A stretch of 64,000 nt of DNA, from positions 2,966 through 66,965 of the forward strand of contig SUYP01000014.1 in NCBI GenBank assembly GCA_015060395.1, given 5' to 3'. Positions 9,292-21,052 of the stretch are shown here, piece by piece. The translations under genes and the position numbers were made by a program. Source of the DNA: Bacteroidales bacterium (GTDB lineage: Bacteria > Bacteroidota > Bacteroidia > Bacteroidales > UBA932). Numbering within the stretch: the first letter of the stretch is position 1; each line of letters opens with the position of its first letter. Under the pieces are notes generated by a model. It had not been told where the DNA came from. It saw only the letters and a program-made list of their open reading frames with translations, and made no database searches.

Positions 9292-11817
9292 ATGAATAAG
9301 ATACTGCATTTGATATTGGCCGCTGTACTCCTGTGCGGATGTGCGGAGGAGAAGGTACGCGTGAGGGAGGATTTCAATGACGGGTGGCGATTTCATCTGG
9401 GAGATGTTCCTGAAGCTTATGCTGCCGCTTACGATGACAGCGGATGGCGTGAACTTGAGCTTCCTCACGACTGGGCTGTCGAGGGAGATTTCAGCATTGA
9501 TAATCCGTCGGGAACAGGCGGAGGAGCGCTTCCGGGCGGAATCAGCTGGTACAGAAAGACTTTCGTTGCTCCGGAAAACGAGGCGGACAGAGTGTGGAGA
9601 CTGGAATTTGACGGAGTATATATGAATTCCGAAGTGTTCGTCAACGGTGAGTCGCTCGGAATACGCCCGTACGGTTATATATCCTTCGGCTATGACATTT
9701 CGCCATATCTTCGCTGGGGAGAAGAAAATGTCATTGCAGTAAGGGTGGACAATGCAGAGCAGCCTAATTCGCGCTGGTATTCCGGATGCGGAATATATCG
9801 TAATGTGTGGATGCTCAAGACTTCGGAACTCTGTATTCCTTCCGATGGCTTGTTCTGCTATGTCGCTTCAATGGATATGAACAGGATCGACCGGACTCCG
9901 CTTGCAAGGTTGAATCTGGATGTCAAGGTGAAGAACTGCTCTGATGAGCAGAAATGGTATAGGTACGGGCTTGTCATCAAGGATGCCGAAGGAAGGACCG
10001 TCTGTAGCTCGCCTTATACCCTGAGCCAACCAGTTTCTGTAAATCCGGGCGAGGAGAAAGAGCATAATTGGTCTGATTTGCAAGTGCCGGATCCTGTCCT
10101 GTGGGATGTAGATACCCCGTATCTTTATACGGTCATATATAGCCTGTATGAAGATGATAAGCTTGTTGATGAGTATCAGCAGAAGATAGGTATAAGGACT
10201 TTCGATTTTGATGCTGAGAAGGGATTCATCCTTAACGGCCGTCAGGTCGATATCAACGGTGTCTGCCTTCATCACGACTTCGGTTGTCTGGGAGCTGCAT
10301 TCAATGTCAATGCTGCCAGACGTCAGCTGGAGATTCTGAAGGAAATGGGCTGCAACGGTATCAGGACAGCACATAATCCTCCTGCTCCGGAGCTTCTTGA
10401 CCTGTGCGACGAGATGGGATTCATCGTTCAGGACGAGGCCTTCGATATGTGGAGGAAGAAGAAGACCGCCCACGATTATTCGAGATATTTCAACGAGTGG
10501 CACGAGAGGGACCTCCGTGACTTCATCCTCCGTGACCGCAATCATCCTTCTGTATTTATGTGGAGCATAGGAAATGAAGTCCTCGAGCAGTGGTCTCACG
10601 CTGATGCCGATACATTGAGTCTGGCAGAGGCCAATCTGATCCTGAATTTCGGTCATTCCGCTGATATGCTTTCAGAAGAAGGGGATCAGATGAGCGTCAA
10701 CTCGCTTCTTACGAAGAAACTTGCCGATATGGTACGTGAACTTGATCCGACAAGGCCTGTCACAGCCGGATGCAATGAGCCTGCTCCAGGCAATCATCTT
10801 TTCCGCAGCGGAGCCCTCGATATCATCGGCTACAACTATCATAATCAGAATGTTGCGGATGTCCCGAAGAACTTTCCGGGCAAGCCGTTCATCATCACCG
10901 AGAGCAACTCGGCTCTTATGACACGCGGATATTACCGTATGCCTAGCGATCAGATGTTCATCTGGCCTGAGCGCTGGGACATCCCGTTCTATGATGAGTC
11001 GTTTGCCTGCTCTTCATACGAGAATTGCCACGTGCCTTGGGGCAATACACACGAGGAGACTCTCAAGCTGGTAAGAGACAATGAATTCATTAGCGGACAG
11101 TATATCTGGACCGGCTTTGACTATATCGGCGAGCCTACCCCGTACGGATGGCCTGCACGAAGCTCCTTCTTCGGAATAGTCGATCTTGCCGGCTTCCCTA
11201 AGGATGTATATTATCTGTATCAGTCCGAGTGGACAGACAAGGATGTGCTTCATCTTTTCCCTCATTGGAACTGGGAGGACGGACAGGAAATCGATATGTG
11301 GTGCTATTATAATGATGCAGACGAGGTGGAACTCTTTGTTAACGGCGTTTCTCAGGGCATCCGTTCCAAGACTGAAGATTGTCTGCACACTGTCTGGAGA
11401 GTCATCTATGAGCCTGGTACCGTTGAGGTAGTGGCAAGAAAGGAGGGCAGGGAAGTCAGGAGAAAAGCGATTCATACAGCCGGTGAGCCTGCTGCCATAC
11501 GCCTGACCAAGGCTCAGTATGGAGACAAGGCAGAGGATGATGCCTTATGCTATGTGACCGTTGAGATAGTTGATGCCGAAGGCAATCTTTGCCCGGATGC
11601 AGACAACCTCGTTACTTTCGATGTTGAAGGTCCTGCCTTCATAGCCGGAGTCGATAACGGCAATCCTGTGTCGATGGAGCGTTTCAAGGACAATAAGCGC
11701 AAGGCATTCTACGGAAAATGTCTTGTCGTGCTTGAGGCAGGAGATGCCGGGAAAACTGTCTTGACTGCTAAGTCTGAAGGACTGGCATCCGACAGCGTCA
11801 CATTCACTGTAAGATAA
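9292..11817 (+). CDS. GH2 beta-galactosidase
   Basis: LPHDW, FDGVYM, SRWYSGCGIYR, RDRNHPSVFMWSIGNE and WTGFDYIGEP motifs. Confidence 0.9.
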   Translation: MNKILHLILAAVLLCGCAEEKVRVREDFNDGWRFHLGDVPEAYAAAYDDSGWRELELPHDWAVEGDFSIDNPSGTGGGALPGGISWYRKTFVAPENEADRVWRLEFDGVYMNSEVFVNGESLGIRPYGYISFGYDISPYLRWGEENVIAVRVDNAEQPNSRWYSGCGIYRNVWMLKTSELCIPSDGLFCYVASMDMNRIDRTPLARLNLDVKVKNCSDEQKWYRYGLVIKDAEGRTVCSSPYTLSQPVSVNPGEEKEHNWSDLQVPDPVLWDVDTPYLYTVIYSLYEDDKLVDEYQQKIGIRTFDFDAEKGFILNGRQVDINGVCLHHDFGCLGAAFNVNAARRQLEILKEMGCNGIRTAHNPPAPELLDLCDEMGFIVQDEAFDMWRKKKTAHDYSRYFNEWHERDLRDFILRDRNHPSVFMWSIGNEVLEQWSHADADTLSLAEANLILNFGHSADMLSEEGDQMSVNSLLTKKLADMVRELDPTRPVTAGCNEPAPGNHLFRSGALDIIGYNYHNQNVADVPKNFPGKPFIITESNSALMTRGYYRMPSDQMFIWPERWDIPFYDESFACSSYENCHVPWGNTHEETLKLVRDNEFISGQYIWTGFDYIGEPTPYGWPARSSFFGIVDLAGFPKDVYYLYQSEWTDKDVLHLFPHWNWEDGQEIDMWCYYNDADEVELFVNGVSQGIRSKTEDCLHTVWRVIYEPGTVEVVARKEGREVRRKAIHTAGEPAAIRLTKAQYGDKAEDDALCYVTVEIVDAEGNLCPDADNLVTFDVEGPAFIAGVDNGNPVSMERFKDNKRKAFYGKCLVVLEAGDAGKTVLTAKSEGLASDSVTFTVR

Positions 11818-11879
11818 CATCTGGTTCAACGTTTATAGAATCTGAAATAAAAGCAAACATCTTCGTATCTGTAAAATCA

Positions 11880-11887
11880 TATATTTG
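11880..11887 (+). promoter_or_regulatory. Bacteroidetes -7 promoter element for GH95-xylR
   Basis: TATATTTG matches TAnnTTTG, 20 bp before the ATG. Confidence 0.55.
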
Positions 11888-11907
11888 CAGATATCAATAC
11901 AAAGATT

Positions 11908-14376
11908 ATGAGACCTGTACTGACTTTTCTGATGGCTTTGGCTGCAGTTGCCTATTGTGAAACCGCTCCTTTTGACGACGACCTTAAGCTCTGGTATGAC
12001 GAACCTGCCGAAAAATGGGTTGAAGCCCTTCCTGTCGGCAACGGAAGGCTGGGGGCTATGGTCTTCGGAATCCCGGCATTTGACCGTCTCCAGCTCAATG
12101 AGGAGACCGTATGGGCAGGACAGCCCAACACCAATGCCAACCCTGACATCAGGGAGGGTGCTCTGGATGAGATCCGTCAGCTGATCTTTGACGGGCAATA
12201 CAGGCAGGCTCAGGATATGGTGGACAGGGATATATTCTTCCCTGTCAATCACGGTATGTCGTATCAGACTGTGGGTGACCTCTTTATGGATTTTCCCGGC
12301 CACGAGTCCTTTACGGATTATCGTCGTGAACTTGATATAGCCAATGCTGTCACTAAAGTGTCCTATAAGGTGGACGGAGTGGAGTATTGCAGGGAGGTGT
12401 TTTCGTCATTGTCTGATGATGTCATCGTATTGCGTCTTACGGCTTCGGAAAAGGATGCTATCTCTTTTGAGGCCCGGTTGGCCACTCCGCAGAATGCGGA
12501 AAGCACCGTCGAGGGCGGAGATCTTGTTATGAGAGGAGTCACATCTTCGCAGGAAGGCCTGGAAGGAAAGGTGCGTTTTACAGCAAGGGCAAGGATATGC
12601 CCGTCTGGCGGTGAAATGAAGCAGGTCGCTCCGAGTCGGATTGCTGTCACCGGAGCAGATGAGGTGGTGATTTATGTTGATGTGGCTACCAATTTCGTCC
12701 GTTATGATGATATCTCGGCCGATCCTGACGAGCGCATTGCCGAGCGTATGGCGGATCTGAGGTCCAGATCGTTCGGTAAGATGCAGAAGGCTCATACCAA
12801 GGCATATAGAGAATACTTCGACAGAGTGACCCTTGATCTCGGAACGTCAGCCGATGCGGAAAAGACTACAGATGAGAGAGTGCGGGATTTTGCACAGGGG
12901 AATGACCCTCAGCTTGTGGAACTGTATTTCCAGTTCGGCCGCTATCTGCTTATATGCAGCTCACAGCCGGGAGGCCAGCCGGCCAATCTTCAGGGTATAT
13001 GGAACGAAAGTATGACCCCTCCTTGGGACAGCAAATATACTACAAACATCAATGCAGAGATGAATTACTGGCCTGCGGAAGTAACGGCCCTTTCAGAGCT
13101 CCACGAGCCTTTTATCACGATGGTAAAGGAAGTGGCTCAGACCGGTGCCGGGACTGCCCGTGCGATGTACGGGGCCAGAGGATGGGTCCTGCATCATAAC
13201 ACTGATATCTGGAGGATAACAGGCCCTGTGGACTTCGCTGCATCGGGTATGTGGCCTACTGGAGGTGCCTGGGTGTGCCGTCATCTGTGGGAGCATTATC
13301 TTCATACGGGAGATGAGGATTTTCTTGCTGAGGTATATCCTGTAATGAAGGGTGCTGCGGAGTTCTTCGTTGACTTTATGATCAGGGAACCGGAACACGG
13401 ATGGCTGGTCGTAAGTCCTTCGACGTCTCCTGAAAATGCCTTTCTGCGCGACCCTGGTGATGTGACCGTATGTGCCGGGACCACTATGGACAATCAGATG
13501 GTCTCGGAGCTCTTTACGAACCTGATCGAGGCTTCAGAGATACTGGGACGTGATACGGAATTCGCTGATATGCTGGCATATATGAAGGGCCAGATGGCTC
13601 CTATGCAGATAGGCCGTCACGGACAGCTTCAGGAATGGATGCACGACTGGGATAATCCTGACGACCACCACCGTCACGTATCTCATCTATATGGCCTCTT
13701 CCCCGGCAATCAGATTTCGCCTTGGAGGACTCCTGAACTTTTTGCTGCAGCCCGCAATTCATTGAATTACAGAGGTGATCCGGCTACCGGATGGTCTATG
13801 GGATGGAAGGTGTGCCTATGGGCGAGACTTCTTGACGGCAACAGAGCCTATAAGCTTATCACAGACCAGCTTACACCTGCCGGGAACACAGGCTTCTGGG
13901 GCAAGGGAGGTACATATCCCAATCTTTTCGATGCCCATCCGCCTTTCCAGATAGACGGAAATTTCGGGTGTACCGCGGGTATAGCGGAGATGCTGATGCA
14001 GAGTCACGACGGAGCCATTCATCTTCTTCCGGCACTTCCTGAAATATGGCCTGATGGAAAAGTGTCCGGGCTTATGGCACGAGGCGGTTTTGAGGTGGAC
14101 ATCGAGTGGAAGGACGGTAAGGTGGAGATTGTCAGGATCGTATCGCGTCTGGGAGGGAACCTCAGATTAAGGGCTTCCTCACCGCTCTCGTTCAAGGACG
14201 GAAAAGCCCTTGAGTTAGCAGAAGGAACTAATCCGAACCCGTATTATGCCGTTCCGGATGTGAAGGAGCCTCTTGTTTCAGAATCGGCCGACCTTGTTGT
14301 CGAGCCGGCAGGGGAGACCTTCCTCTATGACATTGTGACATCTGCCGGAAAGGAGTATATCCTTACGGGCCTTTAA
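11908..14376 (+). CDS. GH95 alpha-1,2-L-fucosidase
   Basis: [44 protein letters not shown] and [11 protein letters not shown] motifs. Confidence 0.92.
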   Translation: MRPVLTFLMALAAVAYCETAPFDDDLKLWYDEPAEKWVEALPVGNGRLGAMVFGIPAFDRLQLNEETVWAGQPNTNANPDIREGALDEIRQLIFDGQYRQAQDMVDRDIFFPVNHGMSYQTVGDLFMDFPGHESFTDYRRELDIANAVTKVSYKVDGVEYCREVFSSLSDDVIVLRLTASEKDAISFEARLATPQNAESTVEGGDLVMRGVTSSQEGLEGKVRFTARARICPSGGEMKQVAPSRIAVTGADEVVIYVDVATNFVRYDDISADPDERIAERMADLRSRSFGKMQKAHTKAYREYFDRVTLDLGTSADAEKTTDERVRDFAQGNDPQLVELYFQFGRYLLICSSQPGGQPANLQGIWNESMTPPWDSKYTTNINAEMNYWPAEVTALSELHEPFITMVKEVAQTGAGTARAMYGARGWVLHHNTDIWRITGPVDFAASGMWPTGGAWVCRHLWEHYLHTGDEDFLAEVYPVMKGAAEFFVDFMIREPEHGWLVVSPSTSPENAFLRDPGDVTVCAGTTMDNQMVSELFTNLIEASEILGRDTEFADMLAYMKGQMAPMQIGRHGQLQEWMHDWDNPDDHHRHVSHLYGLFPGNQISPWRTPELFAAARNSLNYRGDPATGWSMGWKVCLWARLLDGNRAYKLITDQLTPAGNTGFWGKGGTYPNLFDAHPPFQIDGNFGCTAGIAEMLMQSHDGAIHLLPALPEIWPDGKVSGLMARGGFEVDIEWKDGKVEIVRIVSRLGGNLRLRASSPLSFKDGKALELAEGTNPNPYYAVPDVKEPLVSESADLVVEPAGETFLYDIVTSAGKEYILTGL

Positions 14377-14385
14377 TATGACGCT

Positions 14386-15144
14386 ATGGGTAATGTACAG
14401 GTCAATTCCGCGATTTCGGTCGATTGCGTGATCTTCGGTTTCGACGGGAAGAACATCAAGGTCCTGCTTGTAAGAAGAAGGACTGCGGATCCATTGTATG
14501 ATGACAAGGGCCTGAAGCTTCCCGGTGCTATGATTCTTGAGAACGAGACCCTGCCTGAAGCTGCTTCAAGAGTGCTTGAGGGCAGTACCGGACTGAAGGG
14601 ACTGTATCTCAAGCAGACTTCCATATTCTCGGATCCCAAGCGAGTCGATGAAGGAGAACTGGCCTGGATCGGCCAGTATCACGGCATCCATACGGTGCGT
14701 GTGGTGACGGTGGGTTATTATGCTCTGGTCAAGCTTGATCAGGGAATGGTCAATTATACCCGCAGGCAAGGGGCTGTCTGGGTCAGTGTCGATGATATCC
14801 ATCACCTTATAATGGACCATATGGATATCCTCTCAGATGCCTTGTCGGTGCTCCAGAAGGATCTTCTGTGGTCTCCGATCGCGTTTCAGCTCCTTCCGAG
14901 GAAGTTTACCGTCAGACAGCTCCAGAATCTTCTGGAAGCTGTATTCGGAATAGAGATAGACAACAGGAATTTCCGTAAGAAACTCTTTTCTGCAGGCATC
15001 CTTCAGGAGACAGATGAGTTTGAAAAGAATGTCAATCACAAGCCGGCCAGGCTTTTTGTGCTGAACAAGAGTGCATTCGGAAAGAAGAAGCACAGGATGG
15101 ATATGGTAAATCTGTCTTTATTTTCCAGCTTCCTAACGATCTGA
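14386..15144 (+). CDS. xylR: NrtR-family (degenerate NUDIX + wHTH) regulator, probable xylose repressor XylR
   Basis: SVDCVIFGFD, degenerate Nudix box, LLPRKFTVRQLQ...DNRNFRKK wHTH; lies directly upstream of xylBAE. Confidence 0.8.
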   Translation: MGNVQVNSAISVDCVIFGFDGKNIKVLLVRRRTADPLYDDKGLKLPGAMILENETLPEAASRVLEGSTGLKGLYLKQTSIFSDPKRVDEGELAWIGQYHGIHTVRVVTVGYYALVKLDQGMVNYTRRQGAVWVSVDDIHHLIMDHMDILSDALSVLQKDLLWSPIAFQLLPRKFTVRQLQNLLEAVFGIEIDNRNFRKKLFSAGILQETDEFEKNVNHKPARLFVLNKSAFGKKKHRMDMVNLSLFSSFLTI

Positions 15145-15214
15145 TGATTAATGTTATAATACGATACTTAGCGTATTTTTGCCACAAACTCTTTCATTCT
15201 TCGTATCCATTATT

Positions 15215-15241
15215 TAAATTTGCATAGATGTAATTAATACA
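15215..15241 (+). promoter_or_regulatory. xylB promoter (-7 TAAATTTG) and candidate XylR operator TGTA-attaa-TACA
   Basis: TAAATTTG at 15215-15222; palindrome at 15229-15241 has the GT-N7-AC core typical of NrtR-family sites. Confidence 0.55.
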
Positions 15242-15267
15242 CACCTTGAACCACTAAAACTATCAAT

Positions 15268-16734
15268 ATGTATCTCTTAGGTTATGATATCGGAAGTTCG
15301 TCAGTAAAGGCGAGCCTCGTAGATGCCCAGACGGGCAAATGTCTCAGTTCTGCATTCTATCCAAAGTCAGAAGCTGCCATTATGGCGGTAAAGCCGGGCT
15401 GGGCCGAGCAGGATCCTTCATCCTGGTGGGAGAACCTCAAGCTTGCGACCTCATCGGTGCTTTCGGGCTCAGGAGCAGATCCTAAGGATATAAAGGCTAT
15501 AGGTATCTCATATCAGATGCACGGTCTGGTGTGTGTCGATAAGGATCTCAATGTGCTGCGTCCTTCTATTATATGGTGCGACTCACGTGCGGTACCATAC
15601 GGTCAGAAGGCATTCGATGAGATAGGCCACGAGCGCTGTCTGAGCCATCTTCTCAATTCTCCGGGCAATTTCACGGCTTCGAAGCTAGCCTGGGTGAAGG
15701 AGAACGAGCCTGAACTCTATGCGAAGATCTATAAGATAATGCTTCCTGGAGACTATATCGCGATGAAGCTCAGTGGAGAGGTATGCACTACTGTTTCAGG
15801 CTTGTCGGAGGGAATGCTCTGGGACTTCGCTGAAGGAGCTCCTGCAAAGATGCTTATGGATTATTATGGCTTTGATGCCGATCTGATTCCTCAGATCCGT
15901 CCTACATTCTCCGAGCAGGGCAGGGTAAGCGAGGCAGCTGCTGCAGAACTCGGACTTGCCGCTGGCATCCCTATCACATACCGCGCCGGTGACCAGCCTA
16001 ACAACGCATTGTCACTCAATGTGTTCAATCCGGGCGAAATCGCATCTACAGCTGGTACTTCAGGAGTCGTTTACGGTGTTCTTGGAGATGTGAACTACGA
16101 TCCTAAGTCACGTGTGAATACATTTGCGCACGTCAATCATACTGCAGACCAGACGCGTCTGGGAGTCCTTCTCTGCATCAACGGTACGGGTATCCTCAAT
16201 TCCTGGATGAAGAGGAATGTCGCTCCAGAGGGCATTTCATACTCAGATATGAATGATCTGGCGGCCCTTGCCCCTATAGGCAGTGCAGGTGTGAGCGTGC
16301 TTCCTTTCGGTAACGGTGCAGAGCGTATGCTCGAGAACAAGGAGGTGGGAAGCTCCATCCACGGTGTCAACTTCAACGTACACAGCAAGGCTCATCTTCT
16401 TCGTGCAGCCCAGGAGGGCATCGTGTTCTCTTTCAAGTACGGTATCGAGATTATGGAACAGATGGGAATGAATGTGAACAAGATCCACGCGGGCCACGCA
16501 AATATGTTCCTCAGCCCTATCTTCCGCAACACCCTTGCAGGAGTCACAGGAGCAGTGATAGACCTTTATGACACTGACGGTTCCGTAGGCGCTGCAAAGG
16601 GTGCCGGCATAGGAGCAGGTATCTATAAGGACAATACGGAGGCATTCTCTACACTTGAGAAGCTTGCTGTAATCGAACCATCTGATACAGAGGCTTATAA
16701 GGCCGCATACGAAGTGTGGAAGTCAAGATTATAA
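15268..16734 (+). CDS. xylB: Xylulokinase (FGGY family)
   Basis: [24 protein letters not shown] and AGDQ motifs; adjacent to xylA. Confidence 0.92.
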   Translation: MYLLGYDIGSSSVKASLVDAQTGKCLSSAFYPKSEAAIMAVKPGWAEQDPSSWWENLKLATSSVLSGSGADPKDIKAIGISYQMHGLVCVDKDLNVLRPSIIWCDSRAVPYGQKAFDEIGHERCLSHLLNSPGNFTASKLAWVKENEPELYAKIYKIMLPGDYIAMKLSGEVCTTVSGLSEGMLWDFAEGAPAKMLMDYYGFDADLIPQIRPTFSEQGRVSEAAAAELGLAAGIPITYRAGDQPNNALSLNVFNPGEIASTAGTSGVVYGVLGDVNYDPKSRVNTFAHVNHTADQTRLGVLLCINGTGILNSWMKRNVAPEGISYSDMNDLAALAPIGSAGVSVLPFGNGAERMLENKEVGSSIHGVNFNVHSKAHLLRAAQEGIVFSFKYGIEIMEQMGMNVNKIHAGHANMFLSPIFRNTLAGVTGAVIDLYDTDGSVGAAKGAGIGAGIYKDNTEAFSTLEKLAVIEPSDTEAYKAAYEVWKSRL

Positions 16735-16766
16735 TTATAAACCAATTAAATATCAATACTAAAACT

Positions 16767-18083
16767 ATGGCAACAAAAGAATTTTTCCCTGGCATCGGTA
16801 AGATCCAGTTCGAAGGCAAGGAGAGCAGAAACCCGCTGGCTTTCCGTTACTATGACGCAAACAAGGTAGTTCTCGGCAAGACAATGGCTGAGTGGCTCAA
16901 GTTCTCTATGGCTTGGTGGCACACTCTCTGCGCTGAGGGTGCAGACCAGTTCGGCGGCGGTACAAAGACTTTCCCTTGGAACGGAGCAGCTTGCCCTGTT
17001 CAGGCAGCTAAGGATAAGGTTGACGCAGGTTTCGAGTTTATGCAGAAGATCGGTATCGAGTACTACTGCTTCCACGATGTTGACCTCGTTGACGAGGGTG
17101 CAAACGTTGAGGAATATGAGGCTCGTCTGAAGGAAGTTGTTGCATATCTTAAGGAGAAGCAGGCTGAGACAGGCATCAAGCTCCTTTGGGGAACTGCAAA
17201 CGTATTCGGCAACAAGAGATATATGAACGGTGCCGCTACCAACCCTGATTTCGACGTTGTAGCACGCGCTGCTGTCCAGATCAAGAACGCTATCGACGCT
17301 ACCATCGAGCTCGGCGGTACAAACTATGTGTTCTGGGGCGGTCGTGAGGGTTATATGAGCCTTCTCAATACAGACCAGAAGAGGGAGAAGGAGCATCTGG
17401 CAATGATGCTTACCCTTGCTCGCGACTATGCGCGCTCAAAGGGCTTTACAGGTACATTCCTCATCGAGCCTAAGCCGATGGAGCCTACAAAGCATCAGTA
17501 TGATGTTGACACTGAGACTGTTATCGGATTCCTTAAGGCTCACGGCCTTGATAAGGATTTCAAGGTGAACATCGAGGTGAACCACGCTACTCTCGCAGGT
17601 CACACATTCGAGCACGAACTCGCTTGTGCAGTTGATGCAGGTATGCTCGGCTCGATCGACGCTAATCGCGGAGACTATCAGAACGGTTGGGATACAGACC
17701 AGTTCCCTATCGACTCGTTCGACCTCACTCAGGCTATGATGCAGATCATCCGCAACGGCGGACTCGGCAACGGTGGTACCAACTTCGACGCGAAGACCCG
17801 TCGTAACTCTACTGACCTCGAGGATATCTTCATCGCTCACATCGCAGCTATGGATGCAATGGCACGTGCACTCGAGAACGCAGCAGCTCTTCTCGAGGAG
17901 TCTCCTCTCTGCCAGATGGTGAAGGAGCGCTACGCTTCATTCGACGAGGGTCTCGGAAAGAAGTTCGAGAACGGCGAACTTACTCTCGAGGATGTTTACG
18001 CATACGGTAAGGAGGTCAATGAGCCTAAGCAGACTTCAGGAAAGCAGGAGCTCTACGAGGCTATCCTCAATATGTATTGCTAA
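16767..18083 (+). CDS. xylA: Xylose isomerase (class II); start placed at MATKEFF
   Basis: [33 protein letters not shown] and GWDTDQF motifs. Confidence 0.97.
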   Translation: MATKEFFPGIGKIQFEGKESRNPLAFRYYDANKVVLGKTMAEWLKFSMAWWHTLCAEGADQFGGGTKTFPWNGAACPVQAAKDKVDAGFEFMQKIGIEYYCFHDVDLVDEGANVEEYEARLKEVVAYLKEKQAETGIKLLWGTANVFGNKRYMNGAATNPDFDVVARAAVQIKNAIDATIELGGTNYVFWGGREGYMSLLNTDQKREKEHLAMMLTLARDYARSKGFTGTFLIEPKPMEPTKHQYDVDTETVIGFLKAHGLDKDFKVNIEVNHATLAGHTFEHELACAVDAGMLGSIDANRGDYQNGWDTDQFPIDSFDLTQAMMQIIRNGGLGNGGTNFDAKTRRNSTDLEDIFIAHIAAMDAMARALENAAALLEESPLCQMVKERYASFDEGLGKKFENGELTLEDVYAYGKEVNEPKQTSGKQELYEAILNMYC

Positions 18084-18112
18084 TTGTCATTTCGAGCGTA
18101 GTCGAGAAATCT

Positions 18113-19591
18113 ATGACAAATACAAATAATAAAGGCAGCAAGGGCTATCTCATATCGATAGTCCTTGTGGCCGTTATAGGCGGTCTGCTGTTCGGATACG
18201 ATACGGCAGTCATTTCCGGTGCGGAGAAGGGCCTTCAGGCATTCTTTATGGGAGCCAAGGATTTCATCTACACCGACTTTTTGCACGGCATCACTTCTTC
18301 CAGTGCATTGATCGGCTGCGTGATCGGTGCCGCGATTTCAGGAATATGCGCCTCGAGGATGGGACGAAAGAAATCCCTCATTATGGCAGGTGTCTTCTTC
18401 TTCCTTTCTGCTCTCGGTTCATATAATCCTGAATTCCTTTTCTTCCCTAAGGGAGAGCCAACCTTCTCTCTTCTGGTAGCATTCAACCTATACCGAGTTC
18501 TCGGTGGTGTCGGCGTTGGACTTGCTTCTGCAATCTGCCCTATGTATATTGCTGAGGTAGCGCCAAGCAACCTTCGCGGAACCCTCGTTTCGTGGAACCA
18601 GTTTGCCATCATCTTCGGTCAGCTCGTCGTTTACTTCGTCAACTTCCTGATTCTCGGTGACCATATTGCACCAGCCATTCAGAAGGTTGCTGAAGGCATC
18701 AACCAGATTATGAATCCGGGCGAGGCACAGTGGATGATAGAGACAGGATGGAGGTATATGTTTGTAAGTGAGGCGGTTCCTGCCGGTCTCTTTACCGTAC
18801 TTCTTTTCCTTGTTCCTGAGACTCCGCGCTATCTTGCGATGACAGGCAAGGACGACAAGGCTCTGTATATCCTTTCAAAGATCAATGGCAGGACCAAGGC
18901 TCAGGAGATTCTCTCCGAGATCAAGGCAACCGTGACGGAAAAGACAGAGAAACTCTTCACATACGGATGGTTAGTCATTTTCGTAGGTATTATGCTCAGC
19001 GTATTCCAGCAGGCTGTCGGCATCAACGCAGTGCTCTATTTCGCACCTCGTATATTCGAGTCACTCGGTATGGGCAACCCTATGATGCAGACCGTGCTTA
19101 TGGGTATCGTGAACATTACATTCACCCTCGTAGCCATCTTTACGGTAGAGAAGTGGGGCCGCAAGCCTCTGCTTATCTGGGGATCCCTCGGTATGGCCCT
19201 TGGAGCAGCCGGTGTGGCTGTGACAAGCGTTTCTGCTGCCCTTCCTCCTGTGGTGGCTGTGATCAGCATTATGGTTTATAGCGCGTCGTTTATGTTCAGC
19301 TGGGGACCGATCTGCTGGGTACTCATTTCAGAGATTTTCCCTAATACCATCCGTGGTGCTGCTGTAGCAATCGCTGTCGCATTCCAGTGGATCTTCAACT
19401 TCATCGTCTCTTCGACCTTCCTCCCTATGTACAATATGAGCCTCGGCTCAATGGGCGAGAACTTCGGTCACGCCTTCACATACGGCCTTTACGGAGTTAT
19501 CTGCATCCTTGCAGCCGTCTTCGTATGGAAGCTCGTCCCTGAGACAAAGGGCAAGACCCTCGAGGATATGTCTAAACTCTGGAAGAAATAA
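18113..19591 (+). CDS. xylE: D-xylose:H+ symporter (MFS sugar porter)
   Basis: GGLLFGYDTAVISG, PETPR, QQAVGIN, WGPICWVLISEIFPN and PETKG motifs. Confidence 0.92.
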   Translation: MTNTNNKGSKGYLISIVLVAVIGGLLFGYDTAVISGAEKGLQAFFMGAKDFIYTDFLHGITSSSALIGCVIGAAISGICASRMGRKKSLIMAGVFFFLSALGSYNPEFLFFPKGEPTFSLLVAFNLYRVLGGVGVGLASAICPMYIAEVAPSNLRGTLVSWNQFAIIFGQLVVYFVNFLILGDHIAPAIQKVAEGINQIMNPGEAQWMIETGWRYMFVSEAVPAGLFTVLLFLVPETPRYLAMTGKDDKALYILSKINGRTKAQEILSEIKATVTEKTEKLFTYGWLVIFVGIMLSVFQQAVGINAVLYFAPRIFESLGMGNPMMQTVLMGIVNITFTLVAIFTVEKWGRKPLLIWGSLGMALGAAGVAVTSVSAALPPVVAVISIMVYSASFMFSWGPICWVLISEIFPNTIRGAAVAIAVAFQWIFNFIVSSTFLPMYNMSLGSMGENFGHAFTYGLYGVICILAAVFVWKLVPETKGKTLEDMSKLWKK

Positions 19592-19648
19592 TCATTCCGA
19601 ATAGTACTTTTATCCGATATGTCCGTCTTATAGTCAAAACCATTGATT

Positions 19649-20329
19649 ATGAGACGGACATTTTTTATTCTGACATTGACATTCCTGTCAATTTTTGCTT
19701 CATCAGCTCAGGACAGGATTCATTTTATGGATTCAAAGGTTGTAGATGCGGTAGTGGATGAGGTCGGCAGTGACCTTATATATTACCGCCTGTACGACAA
19801 TCAGAACGGCCCGATATATTCGACACCTGTGATGAATGTATTCAAGATTGTCTATCACAACGGATATGAACAAATCATATCGGCTTCTTCTGTCTTTAAT
19901 GAAGAACTTTTAAAGGCCGTGGGAGGTTCCGGTGGAAAGATGCGCTTTGCCGGTGGCAAGCTCTACCTCGGTTCTCATTCACGATACGGTCAGATGCAGG
20001 CTGACTATGTAGCCTTCAACCTTTACGGAGACGATTATTACAAGGCCCGCAGACGCAGGACGACCGGCCATACTCTGACGTGGGTAGGGGCATCGGTGTT
20101 CACATTCGGTTTTCTTTTGCTTGCCGGATCGGATATTCCGGAAGGGGGAGCGGTCATTATGGGAATAGGTGCGGCAGGTATGGGAGCAGGCATTCCATTG
20201 ATCTGTAATGGAAACAAGATCCTGAAAGGTATAGCCTCAGATTATAATTCCCGCCTTTCCCCTGACTATAAGCCGAACCTGACTTTCGGACCTTGCTGCA
20301 GCGGTGTCGGATTCGCCCTTAACTTCTAG
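19649..20329 (+). CDS. Hypothetical exported membrane protein
   Basis: Signal peptide (SSA-Q); Gly-rich hydrophobic hairpin; C-terminal GVGFALNF. Confidence 0.65.
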   Translation: MRRTFFILTLTFLSIFASSAQDRIHFMDSKVVDAVVDEVGSDLIYYRLYDNQNGPIYSTPVMNVFKIVYHNGYEQIISASSVFNEELLKAVGGSGGKMRFAGGKLYLGSHSRYGQMQADYVAFNLYGDDYYKARRRRTTGHTLTWVGASVFTFGFLLLAGSDIPEGGAVIMGIGAAGMGAGIPLICNGNKILKGIASDYNSRLSPDYKPNLTFGPCCSGVGFALNF

Positions 20330-20398
20330 GCTTCCGATGCCTCTCAAACCTCTTGAGATTACCTGGTTTATTGACAATTAATACATTACCGCTTTAAT

Positions 20399-20935
20399 AT
20401 GAAGAAAATATTTCTGACAATCATATTCTTTCTTGCGGCTGTTTCCATATATGCACGCGACTATTCGCACCCGGTAGGATATTACAGACTACAATCCAAT
20501 CATTCCATCACCACAACACTTTTAGGCCTGGAATACAGTTTCGAAGGGGTTGTGGCTGACAGATGGACTCTGATCGGAAGAGCCGGTCTTGTCCCGACAG
20601 GTTTTGCAGCCTATTGCAGTCCGGATGCCACAGGATTCGAAGGCTATATGGGTCTCGGCGCCTCTTTCGAAGCTCGTTATTATTCCAGTATCAAGCGCAG
20701 GACCGAAATGGGGAAGGATACGTATAACAATTCCTCAGATTTTATATCCATAAGGCTCAGAGCCAATACATACGATGACGGTCCGGAAGTCAGCATCACT
20801 CCGGCATACGGATTCCGAAGATCCATCGGAAAGCACTGGGTACAGGAATTCACCCTTGGCTTCCGTCTGGGAGTGAACAGTGATAGCGGCTTCTTCGCCC
20901 CTCACGCCCAGTACCGCATCGGCTTCGTCTTCTGA
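20399..20935 (+). CDS. Small outer-membrane beta-barrel protein (DUF3575-like)
   Basis: Signal peptide; amphipathic strands; C-terminal QYRIGFVF beta-signal. Confidence 0.65.
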   Translation: MKKIFLTIIFFLAAVSIYARDYSHPVGYYRLQSNHSITTTLLGLEYSFEGVVADRWTLIGRAGLVPTGFAAYCSPDATGFEGYMGLGASFEARYYSSIKRRTEMGKDTYNNSSDFISIRLRANTYDDGPEVSITPAYGFRRSIGKHWVQEFTLGFRLGVNSDSGFFAPHAQYRIGFVF

Positions 20936-20979
20936 TCTGTACGCCTGGCGCGTAATCTCCTGTCTATCAGGAATATATG

Positions 20980-21015
20980 CAAGATGCCTGCTGTCGGCTG
21001 ACAGCAGGCATCTTG
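20980..21015. terminator. 16-bp perfect hairpin between convergent genes
   Basis: caagatgcctgctgtc-ggct-gacagcaggcatcttg; no strong U-tract. Confidence 0.6.
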
Positions 21016-21052
21016 TGTAAGTGTTTGAATATCAGGCTTGTGATTGCCAGGG

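Noticed and set aside
11860-11907. Second XylR operator before GH95
   Set aside because: No convincing GT-N7-AC palindrome
16716-16766. N-terminal extensions on xylA, and likewise on xylE, kduD, eda, murF and the TPR gene
   Set aside because: Upstream alternative starts; the downstream ATGs give family-typical N-termini
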